A stretch of 64,000 bases of DNA from an uncultured Oscillospiraceae bacterium (GCA_964395795.1 CAYNBS010000002.1:51293-115292), one strand, 5' to 3'. Positions 17,747 to 25,689 are shown, numbered from the stretch's first letter. Made by a program: numbers and translations. The notes: generated by a model from the sequence alone, not told the origin.

Positions 17747-17811
17747 GTAGGGGCGGCTGTCAGCCGCCCGAAGATAGCGCAGCCATGCGGGCGGCTAATA
17801 GCCGCCCCTAC
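17747..17811. repeat. GTAG-headed palindromic repeat, inverted pair (copy A)
   Basis: GTAGGGGCGGCTGTCAGCCGCCCG, 16 nt, then GCGGGCGGCTAATAGCCGCCCCTAC. It lies in the gap between the methyltransferase stop and the ecfA1 start. Confidence 0.85.
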
Positions 17812-17854
17812 GCGCCCAAAAGGGCAGCGGAACAGGCTGACCGCCTTGCGGAAG

Positions 17855-18715
17855 TCAGCTTTCCCAGCGGCACGTCGCCCCGCAGGGCAGATAGAGGCCG
17901 CTGTCGGTCACGGGCAGGGCCAGCTCCCGGCTTTCGGAGCGGCCGCCGAATTTCTTGGTAAAGATGCTCTCGGTCACATAGCTGAGCACCGAAGGGGAAA
18001 GCCCCGTGGTGTAGGAATTGATGAGCACGAAGAGCGGATCGTCCGAAAGCACCCCGGCGCAGAGCGACACAAAGGGCCACAGGTTCTGCTCCAGCTTCCA
18101 CACCTCGCCCCCCGGGCCCCGGCCGTAGGAGGGCGGATCCATGATGATGGCGTCATAGCGCTTGCCCCGGCGGATCTCCCGCTCCACAAACTTGGCGCAG
18201 TCATCCACGATCCAGCGGATGGGCGCGTCAGAAAGGCCGGAGGCCACAGCATTCTCCTTGCCCCAGGCCACCATGCCCTTGGCCGCGTCCACATGGCAGA
18301 CCTCCGCCCCCGCCTTGGCGCAGGCCACGGTGGCCCCGCCGGTGTAGGCAAACAGGTTCAGCACCCGGATGGGACGGCCTGCCGAACGGATCTTGGCCAT
18401 GGCCCAGTCCCAGTTGGCGGCCTGCTCGGGGAAGAGGCCCGTGTGCTTGAAGTTCATGGGCTTGACATGAAAGCGCAGCTCCTTATACCGGATCGTCCAT
18501 TCGGTGGGGAGGCTGCCCTTGTCCCAACTGCCGCCCCCGCTTTCGCTGCGGCGGTAGCGAGCGTCCCGGTCGTTCCAATGGGGGTTTTTCCGGGGCGTGT
18601 CCCAAATCGCCTGGGGGTCCGGACGGACCAGATAGAAATCCCCCCAGCGTTCCAGCTTTTCTCCTTTTGAGCAATCCAGCAGTTCAAAGTCCTGCCAAGC
18701 ATCCGCGATCCACAT
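17855..18715 (-). CDS. class I SAM-dependent methyltransferase (RlmI/RlmK-like)
   Basis: Contains VLNLFAYTGGATVACA and AIIMDPPSYGRG motifs. Start placed at ATG 18715 (MWIADAW), preceded by GGAG. Confidence 0.75.
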   Translation of the reverse strand: MWIADAWQDFELLDCSKGEKLERWGDFYLVRPDPQAIWDTPRKNPHWNDRDARYRRSESGGGSWDKGSLPTEWTIRYKELRFHVKPMNFKHTGLFPEQAANWDWAMAKIRSAGRPIRVLNLFAYTGGATVACAKAGAEVCHVDAAKGMVAWGKENAVASGLSDAPIRWIVDDCAKFVEREIRRGKRYDAIIMDPPSYGRGPGGEVWKLEQNLWPFVSLCAGVLSDDPLFVLINSYTTGLSPSVLSYVTESIFTKKFGGRSESRELALPVTDSGLYLPCGATCRWES

Positions 18716-18815
18716 AGGCTTCTCCAGTCTACACAATAATTCATGGTATTGTACCATCAAAACGCCCGCAGGTCAACTGCTTTCCCGCACTTGTTCCGCC
18801 CGGGTCGAGAAGGGA

Positions 18816-18844
18816 TTGCCACCCTTGGGAAAAGGGTGTACAAT
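18816..18844 (+). promoter_or_regulatory. SigA-type promoter of lplA
   Basis: TTGCCA, a 17-nt spacer, then TACAAT. It lies 41 nt upstream of ATG 18886. Confidence 0.5.
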
Positions 18845-18885
18845 CAAAAGGCCTCCCGCGGCGGAGGCAGAGGGGGCGTTTTGGG

Positions 18886-19887
18886 ATGCAGCAGCTTTCG
18901 TATATCGACATGAGCACCACGGATGCGGCCTGGAATCTGGCGGCGGAGCAGTATGTGTTTGACGCGCTGCCCCGGGATCGGAGCTACTTCCTGCTCTGGC
19001 AAAACCGCAGCGCCGTGATCATCGGCAAGCATCAGGATGCCCTCGCGGAAATCAACCGCCCCTTCGTGGAGGAGCATGGCATCCAGGTGATCCGGCGGCC
19101 CTCCGGCGGCGGCGCGGTGTACCACGACCTGGGGAATCTGAATTACACCGTCATCACGGATTCAGATGGCGCCACCGCCCTGGATATGAGCCGGTTTTGC
19201 CAGCCGGTGCTCCGGGTTTTGCAGAGCCTGGGCGTTCCCGCGGAGCTGACCGGCCGCAACGACATGACCGTGGAGGGAAAGAAGTTTTCCGGCAGCGCCC
19301 AGGTCCTCCGGCAGGGGCGGGTGCAGCACCACGGCACCTTGCTGTTCGACTCCGATCTTGACGCGGTGCAGCAGGCGCTGCGGGTGGATCCGGAGAAGAT
19401 CCGCTCCAAGGGCCTGGCCTCGGTGCGCAGCCGGGTGACCAATCTGCGGCCTTATCTGCCGGAGGGCTATACCCTGCCCCTGTTCCGCCAGACTCTGCTG
19501 CGGGAATTTCTGCGGCAGAACCCCGGGGAGCCCTATTCCTTCTCCCCTGCGGATCTGACCGGGATCGAGGCGCTGGCCAATACCCGCTACCGCAGCTGGG
19601 AATGGAACTACGGCGCGTCCCCCGCCGGCTCGCGGATCCTGCGGCGGCGCTTTCCGGGCTGCGGCACGGTGGAAGCGCGCCTGCGCCTGACCCATGGGCG
19701 GATCGCGGCGCTCCAATTCGTGGGGGATTTCTTCAGCGTCAGGGAGCCGGAGGAGCTGGCGGCCCATCTTCTGGGCCAGCCCCTGGAGCGGGCAGCTCTG
19801 GCGGCGGCCCTCAAGGGGCTGGACGTCTCCCGCTATTTTCTGGGGCTGGAGACGGAGCAGCTTCTGCAGCTGCTGTGTGAGGGATAA
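18886..19887 (+). CDS. lplA: lipoate--protein ligase
   Basis: 333 aa. Contains RRPSGGGAVYHDLGNLN and KKFSGSAQ (lipoyl-AMP binding Lys region). Confidence 0.88.
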   Translation: MQQLSYIDMSTTDAAWNLAAEQYVFDALPRDRSYFLLWQNRSAVIIGKHQDALAEINRPFVEEHGIQVIRRPSGGGAVYHDLGNLNYTVITDSDGATALDMSRFCQPVLRVLQSLGVPAELTGRNDMTVEGKKFSGSAQVLRQGRVQHHGTLLFDSDLDAVQQALRVDPEKIRSKGLASVRSRVTNLRPYLPEGYTLPLFRQTLLREFLRQNPGEPYSFSPADLTGIEALANTRYRSWEWNYGASPAGSRILRRRFPGCGTVEARLRLTHGRIAALQFVGDFFSVREPEELAAHLLGQPLERAALAAALKGLDVSRYFLGLETEQLLQLLCEG

Positions 19888-19929
19888 CGAAAGGGCCGGG
19901 AGGGACTTGTTCCCTCCCGGCCCTTTCGT
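19887..19929. terminator. bidirectional terminator (19-bp perfect stem)
   Basis: ACGAAAGGGCCGGGAGGGA-cttgt-TCCCTCCCGGCCCTTTCGT between the convergent lplA and plsY. Confidence 0.8.
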
Positions 19930-19947
19930 TTGCAGGCTGCCTTTATC

Positions 19948-20598
19948 CTATTTTCTTTCTCTCTTGCCGCCGGCGGCCTTGAAATCCGGCTCCGTCCCCT
20001 GGATCAGGCGCTGGATGTTGCCCCGGTGCTGGAAGATGGCAAGGCACATGGCGCAGATGGCCAGGATCAGCTTGGGGGTGCCGACGCCGAAGACCACAGA
20101 GAACACCGTGATCCCCAGGGATGCGAAGACCGAGCCCAGGGATACCTTCCTGCTCAAAAACGCAACGATCAGGAAGGTGGCGATGATGCAGACGAAGACG
20201 CGCCAGTCGATCATCAGGCCCAGGGCCGCGCCCACGGAAATGCCCTTGCCGCCCTTGAACTCATGAAACACGGGAAAGCAGTGGCCGATCATGCAGCAGA
20301 TGCCGCCCAACGAAAGCCCGATATCGCTGTAGCTGATGCCGCCGGCGGTGAGCCCGGCATCTTTGAAGAGAAGGCTGCCCAGCAGGCAGGCCAGCACCGC
20401 CTTCAGCATATCGCAGCCAAGGGTCAGGAATCCGGCGCCCAGGCCGAAGACGCGGGCCATATTGGTGGCGCCGGCGTTGCCGCTGCCCTTCTTCCGCACG
20501 TCGCTGCCCCAGGCCGTTCTGGACAGGACGATCGACGCGCTGAACGATCCCAGCAGATAGCCTGCCACCGCAATGGCGGCGTATTTCAACACTTCCAT
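19948..20598 (-). CDS. plsY: glycerol-3-phosphate acyltransferase PlsY
   Basis: Contains GSGNAGATN and HCFPVFHEFKGGKG motifs. Start placed at ATG 20598 (MEVLKYAA) with an upstream GAGG. Confidence 0.9.
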   Translation of the reverse strand: MEVLKYAAIAVAGYLLGSFSASIVLSRTAWGSDVRKKGSGNAGATNMARVFGLGAGFLTLGCDMLKAVLACLLGSLLFKDAGLTAGGISYSDIGLSLGGICCMIGHCFPVFHEFKGGKGISVGAALGLMIDWRVFVCIIATFLIVAFLSRKVSLGSVFASLGITVFSVVFGVGTPKLILAICAMCLAIFQHRGNIQRLIQGTEPDFKAAGGKRERK

Positions 20599-20651
20599 GA
20601 AAAACCTCGCCTTAAAACGCAAAAAATTTGAAGTAAATCAAGTATGCCGTC

Positions 20652-20680
20652 ATTATACCCTTCCCTTCCGGGCTTTTCAA
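20652..20680 (-). promoter_or_regulatory. SigA-type promoter of plsY
   Basis: On the minus strand, TTGAAA, a 17-nt spacer, then TATAAT. Confidence 0.55.
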
Positions 20681-20704
20681 GGGCGAGACCTGTCTATTTT
20701 CAGA

Positions 20705-21355
20705 TTATTCAAAAACTTCTGCTCCGCCAAAAAAGCACCAGGGCTCCCCATCCGGCGGCGGCAGCCGAAAGTCCACCGTCTCTCCCGTGGAAGGGTGGCG
20801 AAAGCAGAGCCGTGCCGACCAAAGGGCAAGGGGCCAGGGGTCCTCCCGGGTGTCATACTTCCGCTCGCCGGCCAGAGGCCAGCCGTGGGAGGCAAACTGG
20901 CAGCGGATCTGATGGGTGCGCCCGGTGTGCAGCCGGATCCGCACCAGGCTCAGCCCCCGTGCCTGCCCAAGGGTCCGGTAATCCAGCAGCGCCTCCTGCA
21001 CGCCTTTGCCCGGCGTCTCGGTCACGAAGGTCATCTTCCGTGCCTTGTCCCGGTAAAGCAGATCCCGCAGGCTGCCCTGCTCCGGCGTCTCGCCATGGAC
21101 AACCGCCAGGTATTCCTTCTCAAATTCCCCGTCCCGGATCTGCCGGGACAGCTCGGACGCCGCCTCCGCTGTGCGGGCCAGCGCCATCAGGCCGCCCACC
21201 ACCCGGTCCAGCCGGTGGACGGTGCGGATCTCCGCCCGCTCATCGCCCAGCGCCCGGCGGGCAAGCTCCGGCACGCCGCCCGGCTCGTCGGTAGACAGGG
21301 CCCCGGCGGGCTTCCGGCAAAGCAAAAGCTGCGCATCCTGATACAGGATCTCCAT
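20705..21355 (-). CDS. RluA family pseudouridine synthase
   Basis: Contains HRLDRVVGGLM (catalytic Asp) and HTGRTHQIR. The 456-aa track ORF is a shadow extension over rlmD. ATG 21355 (MEILYQD) chosen. Confidence 0.85.
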   Translation of the reverse strand: MEILYQDAQLLLCRKPAGALSTDEPGGVPELARRALGDERAEIRTVHRLDRVVGGLMALARTAEAASELSRQIRDGEFEKEYLAVVHGETPEQGSLRDLLYRDKARKMTFVTETPGKGVQEALLDYRTLGQARGLSLVRIRLHTGRTHQIRCQFASHGWPLAGERKYDTREDPWPLALWSARLCFRHPSTGETVDFRLPPPDGEPWCFFGGAEVFE

Positions 21356-21460
21356 TCGATCACCTCTTGATTTCCATTTTATCACAGTCGGCATACTATG
21401 CAAACAGGAAAAATCGTGATAAGATGGAAAAAGAAAAACGATCGGTCGGAGGTGCCGTAT

Positions 21461-22660
21461 ATGGAACTTGCTTACACGCCCCCCTGCCCCTACTACAAAA
21501 AGTGCGGCGGCTGCCAGCTCCAGAAGCTGCCCTATGGCGAACAGCTCCGGAGGAAGATGGGCCGCTGCATCGCCCTGCTGGGCGAGTTTGGCCATGTGGA
21601 GCCCATCCTCGGCATGGAGCATCCGGAGCGCTACCGCAACAAGGTCCACGCCGCCTTCGCCCTGGACGGGCGGCGCCGCGTCATTTCCGGCATCTACCAG
21701 CCGGGAAGCCACGCCATCGTGCCTGTGGACGACTGCATGATCGAGGACGCCGCGGCGGACGCGGTGATCCGGGATATCCGGGAAATGCTGCCCGCGTTCA
21801 AGATCAAGGTCTTCGATGAGCGCAGCGGCACCGGCTGGCTGCGCCATGTGCTGATCCGCCGGGGCTTTGCCACGGGGGAGCTGCTGGTGGTGCTGGTGGC
21901 GGTGTCCCCCATCTTCCAGCTCCAGAAGCCCTTTGTGAAGAAGTTGACCGAGCTGCACCCGGAAATCACCAGCATCGTGCTGAATCTGAACGATCGCTTC
22001 GGCCCTGTGGTGCTGGGCATCCGGGAAAAGGTGCTCTACGGGCCGGGATATATCGAAGATGAGCTGTGCGGGCATCGCTTCCGCATCTCTCCCCGCTCCT
22101 TTTATCAGGTCAATCCCGTGCAGACCGAGATCCTCTACCGCAAGGCGGTGGAATATGCCGCCCTCACCGGGAAGGAGACCGTGCTGGACGCCTATTGCGG
22201 CATCGGCACCATCGGCATCACCGCGTCAGGCAAGGCCAAGCAGGTCATCGGTGTGGAGCTGAACCGGGACGCGGTGCACGACGCCATCACCAACGCCCGG
22301 CTGAACGGGCTGAAAAACTGCTGGTTCACCGCCGGGGACGCCGGAGAATACATGGAGCAGACCGCCCACAGCGGCCTCAGGCCGGAGGTGGTCTTTCTGG
22401 ATCCGCCCCGGGCCGGCAGCGACGAACGCTTTCTCCGCTCCCTGCTCACCTGCGCTCCCGCCCGGGTGGTCTATGTCTCCTGCGACCCGAAGACGCTGGC
22501 CAGGGATCTGAAAATCCTCACCGCCGGCGGCTATCGGGCGGAGAAGATCCAGCCGGTGGACATGTTCCCGTATACGGAGCATGTGGAGACAGTATGCTGC
22601 TTGTACCACCAAAAGAAAGAGTTTATCTCAGTGCCCTATGAGCCGAAGGGTAACGTGTAA
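21461..22660 (+). CDS. rlmD: 23S rRNA (uracil-C5)-methyltransferase RlmD/RumA family; the last 24 codons are supplied by the inserted cassette
   Basis: Fe-S cysteine cluster CPYYKKCGGCQLQ, SAM motif LDAYCGIGTIG, and DPPRAG, VSCDP, FPYTEHVETV. ATG 21461 has GGAGGTG 7 nt upstream. Confidence 0.85.
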   Translation: MELAYTPPCPYYKKCGGCQLQKLPYGEQLRRKMGRCIALLGEFGHVEPILGMEHPERYRNKVHAAFALDGRRRVISGIYQPGSHAIVPVDDCMIEDAAADAVIRDIREMLPAFKIKVFDERSGTGWLRHVLIRRGFATGELLVVLVAVSPIFQLQKPFVKKLTELHPEITSIVLNLNDRFGPVVLGIREKVLYGPGYIEDELCGHRFRISPRSFYQVNPVQTEILYRKAVEYAALTGKETVLDAYCGIGTIGITASGKAKQVIGVELNRDAVHDAITNARLNGLKNCWFTAGDAGEYMEQTAHSGLRPEVVFLDPPRAGSDERFLRSLLTCAPARVVYVSCDPKTLARDLKILTAGGYRAEKIQPVDMFPYTEHVETVCCLYHQKKEFISVPYEPKGNV

Positions 22661-22685
22661 TCGAAACATGAAATTTGACCAGTAA
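22586..22685 (+). repeat. direct repeat copy 1 (replacement rlmD tail ETVCCLYHQKKEFISVPYEPKGNV* plus the MKFDQ* stub)
   Basis: Hand alignment to 23538-23633 gives 56/63 identities in the first 63 nt. The repeat resumes at ATGA(A/G)ATTTGAC after the stop. Confidence 0.85.
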
Positions 22686-22712
22686 AGCGAAGCTTGCGAG
22701 GATTCATGCAGA

Positions 22713-23498
22713 ATGATGATAGGTAGCTCAAATGATGTTGAAGCCGTTAGAACACAATATTCTTCATCGAATGGATTAAATGTCAGGATCGCTTTCCATG
22801 ATATGTATTCCACCAACAAATACGGATATGGCAATTGGATTCTTTCTAACTATGAGATTTCTGAAGGAGCCAAGGCGTTGGAAGTGGGCTGCGGCACTGC
22901 GAGCATGTGGGTGGGACATGATGATTTGATCGCCAGATGCGGGATCCTGATGCTTACTGATATGTCAGAAGGAATGCTTTCAACAGCACGAGAAAATATT
23001 GGGGAAAGAAAAAACGTAGCATATACTTTGGCTGATATTCAAGATATCCCCTTTGAGGATGATTCATTTGATGTAGTCATTGCCAATTCGATTCTATATC
23101 ACGTTCCAAAGATAGAATGCGGAATCCGTGAAGTCAGAAGAGTTCTTAAGAATGACGGGATATTTTATTGCGCAACTTACGGAGAGCATAACTTTACTGA
23201 CGTTCTTGCAGACTGGTTTAAGCTTGATGGTGAATCATTCAGGCCTAACCATCATTTCACCATGCAAAACGGAGAGCAGATACTTAAGGCGGCATTTACG
23301 AACGTAGAAGCCAAATACTATGAGGATTCTCTGCATATAACCAACATAGACGATTTGGTCGATTATCTCCGAAGCCTTGTGTCTTTGAAAGCAATCATCG
23401 ATTTGCCTTCTGACAGAATCTATGAAATTCTATTGCGGCATTCATGTGATGGGACAATAGAGTTGCCCAAAGAATATGGTATGTTCGTATGCAGATGA
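22713..23498 (+). CDS. class I SAM-dependent methyltransferase (Methyltransf_11/25-like), cassette cargo
   Basis: 261 aa. SAM motif ALEVGCGTASMW and acidic loop LTDMSEGML, with FDVVIANSILYHV. AT-rich relative to the flanks. Confidence 0.75.
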   Translation: MMIGSSNDVEAVRTQYSSSNGLNVRIAFHDMYSTNKYGYGNWILSNYEISEGAKALEVGCGTASMWVGHDDLIARCGILMLTDMSEGMLSTARENIGERKNVAYTLADIQDIPFEDDSFDVVIANSILYHVPKIECGIREVRRVLKNDGIFYCATYGEHNFTDVLADWFKLDGESFRPNHHFTMQNGEQILKAAFTNVEAKYYEDSLHITNIDDLVDYLRSLVSLKAIIDLPSDRIYEILLRHSCDGTIELPKEYGMFVCR

Positions 23499-23537
23499 CA
23501 AATCCCTGGCGATCTGTTCCTCAATTAGCCGCTAATT

Positions 23538-23633
23538 GAAACGGTATGCTGCTTGTACCACCAAAAGAAGGACTTCATCTCAGTACCGTATGAGCCGAAG
23601 AATGTGGAGTAAGACATGAGATTTGACAACGCG
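23538..23633 (+). repeat. direct repeat copy 2 (non-translated rlmD tail ETVCCLYHQKKDFISVPYEPKNVE* plus the start of the P-loop gene)
   Basis: Same 75-nt length as copy 1. An upstream in-frame TAG at 23526 closes the frame. A 7-bp inverted repeat, CAATTAG-CCG-CTAATTG, at 23522-23538 abuts it. Confidence 0.85.
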
Positions 23634-24248
23634 TATTTTATTACTGGTACGGCCTATGCAGGCAAATCAACGATGATAAAACTGCTTGCAAAGAAATATG
23701 ATGGCATCCTGTGTGAAGAAAACTATCACGATCAGCTATTGCCAGAGTTGGACAGTGCAGAGTTCCCTTTTCTGACATACACTCGTGATCTAAGGGATTG
23801 GCATGACTTCATCAGGAGAAGTCCAGAGGAATACAAGGCGTGGATGGACGGCGTGTCTCATGAATGTGAGATATTGGAGCTCAGGATCCTTGACGGGCTC
23901 AAGGAGCAGAGAAAGCCTGTGTTTGTAGATACCAATATTTCAATAGAGACATTGAAAAGGATAACTCCCTCAAATCATGTACTGGTCATGCTGGCGGATC
24001 CTCAAATATCTGTGAGGCGCTTCTTTGAAAGACCAGATCGCGAGAAGCAGTTCTTATATCAGTTGATTATGGATGAACCCGATCCTGAGAAGGCAATGGA
24101 GAATTATCGGAAAGGGCTCATGCTGATCAATTCACAGGAAAACTATGAACACTACTTACACTCAGGGTTTCATGTGATTATCAGGGATGAGAGCCGAACC
24201 ATACTGCAAACATTGGAACTGGTTGAAAAGGCATTCGGTCTGGATTGA
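23616..24248 (+). CDS. P-loop NTPase / kinase-like protein, cassette cargo
   Basis: 210 aa with Walker A GTAYAGKST near the N-terminus, in the size range of small-molecule/nucleotide kinases. AT-rich. Confidence 0.6.
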   Translation: MRFDNAYFITGTAYAGKSTMIKLLAKKYDGILCEENYHDQLLPELDSAEFPFLTYTRDLRDWHDFIRRSPEEYKAWMDGVSHECEILELRILDGLKEQRKPVFVDTNISIETLKRITPSNHVLVMLADPQISVRRFFERPDREKQFLYQLIMDEPDPEKAMENYRKGLMLINSQENYEHYLHSGFHVIIRDESRTILQTLELVEKAFGLD

Positions 24249-24319
24249 TGTGAAGGAAAAACTTGAACATTTATCTGTCGCAAAATATTCGACAGTTGAG
24301 GTAGTACAATCAAAATCCA

Positions 24320-24358
24320 GTTGAGACCGTCGTTGCCTTGACCCGAGCCGGGTTGTGA
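24320..24358 (+). pseudogene. displaced original 3' end of rlmD (VETVVALTRAGL*)
   Basis: GTT GAG ACC GTC GTT GCC TTG ACC CGA GCC GGG TTG TGA. It is GC-rich, shares the E-T-V codons with both cassette joins, and has no upstream ORF. Confidence 0.6.
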
Positions 24359-24461
24359 CAGCGAGAGGATCGATCGATCGTGGTGAAAGGCTTCGGAATT
24401 TGCCCGGCAGGCCGGGCTGCGATGCCCCAGATCACCTGCGGCGATTCGCCGAAAACACAGC

Positions 24462-24500
24462 GGCGAGCGCCATCGGAATCAAATTCCGATGGCGCTCGCC
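24462..24500. terminator. bidirectional intrinsic terminator (18-bp stem)
   Basis: GGCGAGCGCCATCGGAAT-caa-ATTCCGATGGCGCTCGCC, followed by a T-rich run. It lies between the island and the convergent lipoprotein gene. Confidence 0.75.
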
Positions 24501-24524
24501 CTTTGCTTTCCTTTTTTTCTTCGA

Positions 24525-25520
24525 TCAATACTGGTCAAAATAGCTCTCGTCCCGCATCCAGTAGGCGTACAGCACAAGGCCTTCCTCGGTGCCCACGCTG
24601 CCGCAGGGCGTTCCGTCAGCATCGATGCATTTCTCCCCGGTGCCCTGGAAGCCCGTGTAATAGCCCATGAACCGGAAGCCCTCCAGGACGGGCGGCTGCA
24701 CCTTCTCCTGCAGCTGGCCGTTCACCGCCGTTACCGTGGTGGGCGGCAGCAGATCCGGCCCCTTTTCCACCTCGCCGCTGCCCTCGCTGTAGTACATTCT
24801 GCCTTCCGTCAGGTCATACATGCCCGCCCGACCGGTGCTGAGGCAGTAGCAGGGCATATAGTCCCGCACCACGGCGTCATCCTGCCAGATCCGGCAGCCG
24901 AAAACCCGCAGGTCATAGCTCCCGGGCGCGTCATGGGTCCCGGCGATTTCCATGTCCATGTGCTGGCGGGAGAAAATAAAGAGATGCTGGGGGCAGGGCT
25001 CGTCGAATGCGTGGAGCACCACCCCGTGGCGAACATCCGGATAGACATAGTTCCCCGGGTGCAGGTAGGCCACTGTCCGCGCGGCGGAATCCTCCGACTG
25101 GGAATACTGGATCCCGGTGACAGTATAGAAATTCGCCGGGTTCCCCTGGCTCATATGATAGCCCACTTCCATAAACATGTGCTGATCCCGGTCGAAGCAG
25201 CCGAAGAACCAGGTGTCCTTCACCTGGAAGCCGGAGGTGCACTGGAAGTCAAAAACAAAGCGGGTGGTGTTGGTAGGGCTGATGCCGGTGTCCAGATAGG
25301 TTTGCGCCTCCGTATTGGTATTGGTGCAGGCGGCATATTCCGTAAGCTGATAGTCCTCCGGCAAATTATCGTTCTTCAGGACGACTTCCGTCACCACCTC
25401 CGGCTCCGGGCCGGGATCCTGGGTCTCGGCGGGGGCAGCAGTCTCCTGCCCTGCGGCGCCGCAGGCGCACAGCGGCAGGATCCAAAGAAGAAGCAGGATG
25501 CTCGCAAGAACTTTTTTCAT
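24525..25520 (-). CDS. lipoprotein with C-terminal InlB B-repeat (Flg_new-like) module
   Basis: Lipobox LPLCAC. The C-terminal GFRFMGYYTG..GLVLYAYW resembles a Listeria-Bacteroides repeat. The central domain is unassigned. Confidence 0.6.
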   Translation of the reverse strand: MKKVLASILLLLWILPLCACGAAGQETAAPAETQDPGPEPEVVTEVVLKNDNLPEDYQLTEYAACTNTNTEAQTYLDTGISPTNTTRFVFDFQCTSGFQVKDTWFFGCFDRDQHMFMEVGYHMSQGNPANFYTVTGIQYSQSEDSAARTVAYLHPGNYVYPDVRHGVVLHAFDEPCPQHLFIFSRQHMDMEIAGTHDAPGSYDLRVFGCRIWQDDAVVRDYMPCYCLSTGRAGMYDLTEGRMYYSEGSGEVEKGPDLLPPTTVTAVNGQLQEKVQPPVLEGFRFMGYYTGFQGTGEKCIDADGTPCGSVGTEEGLVLYAYWMRDESYFDQY

Positions 25521-25689
25521 GATTACGCCCTCATTTCTTCTGTCGTTCAGCTCATCATATTCTTATTTGCCACCCTTGTCAACTTCTTTCTCCCCCGCTT
25601 TTCTTTTGCAAAGTGCTTTTCAAATTGGAAGGAATGTGTTATGATGAGCTTGCAAATGCTTACCTAAAACACAGAGAGGATGCGATAAC

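Larger units (their letters stand above)
22586..24319 (+). mobile_element. two tandem AT-rich single-gene cassettes inserted in the 3' end of rlmD (no recombinase present)
   Basis: Cassette 1 spans 22586-23537 and cassette 2 spans 23538-24319. Each starts with a 75-nt rlmD-tail unit, and the original GC-rich tail lies at 24320-24358. Hand counts give G+C 23/60 at 22741-22800 versus 42/60 at 22441-22500. Confidence 0.6.

Noticed and set aside
18744-18850. TTGTACCATCAAAA and TGTACAATCAAAA motifs that resemble the TTGTACCACCAAAAG core of the rlmD tail repeat (also near 24303)
   Set aside because: The matches are short, at 12-14 nt. One is explained as the lplA -10 region (TACAAT), and there is no flanking similarity to the 75-nt unit. 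I treat them as coincidence.
20705-22075. 456-aa minus-strand ORF suggesting a much longer RluA-family protein
   Set aside because: Only the C-terminal 216 aa (from ATG 21355) resemble a pseudouridine synthase. The upstream 240 codons are antisense to rlmD, which has its own strong RBS.
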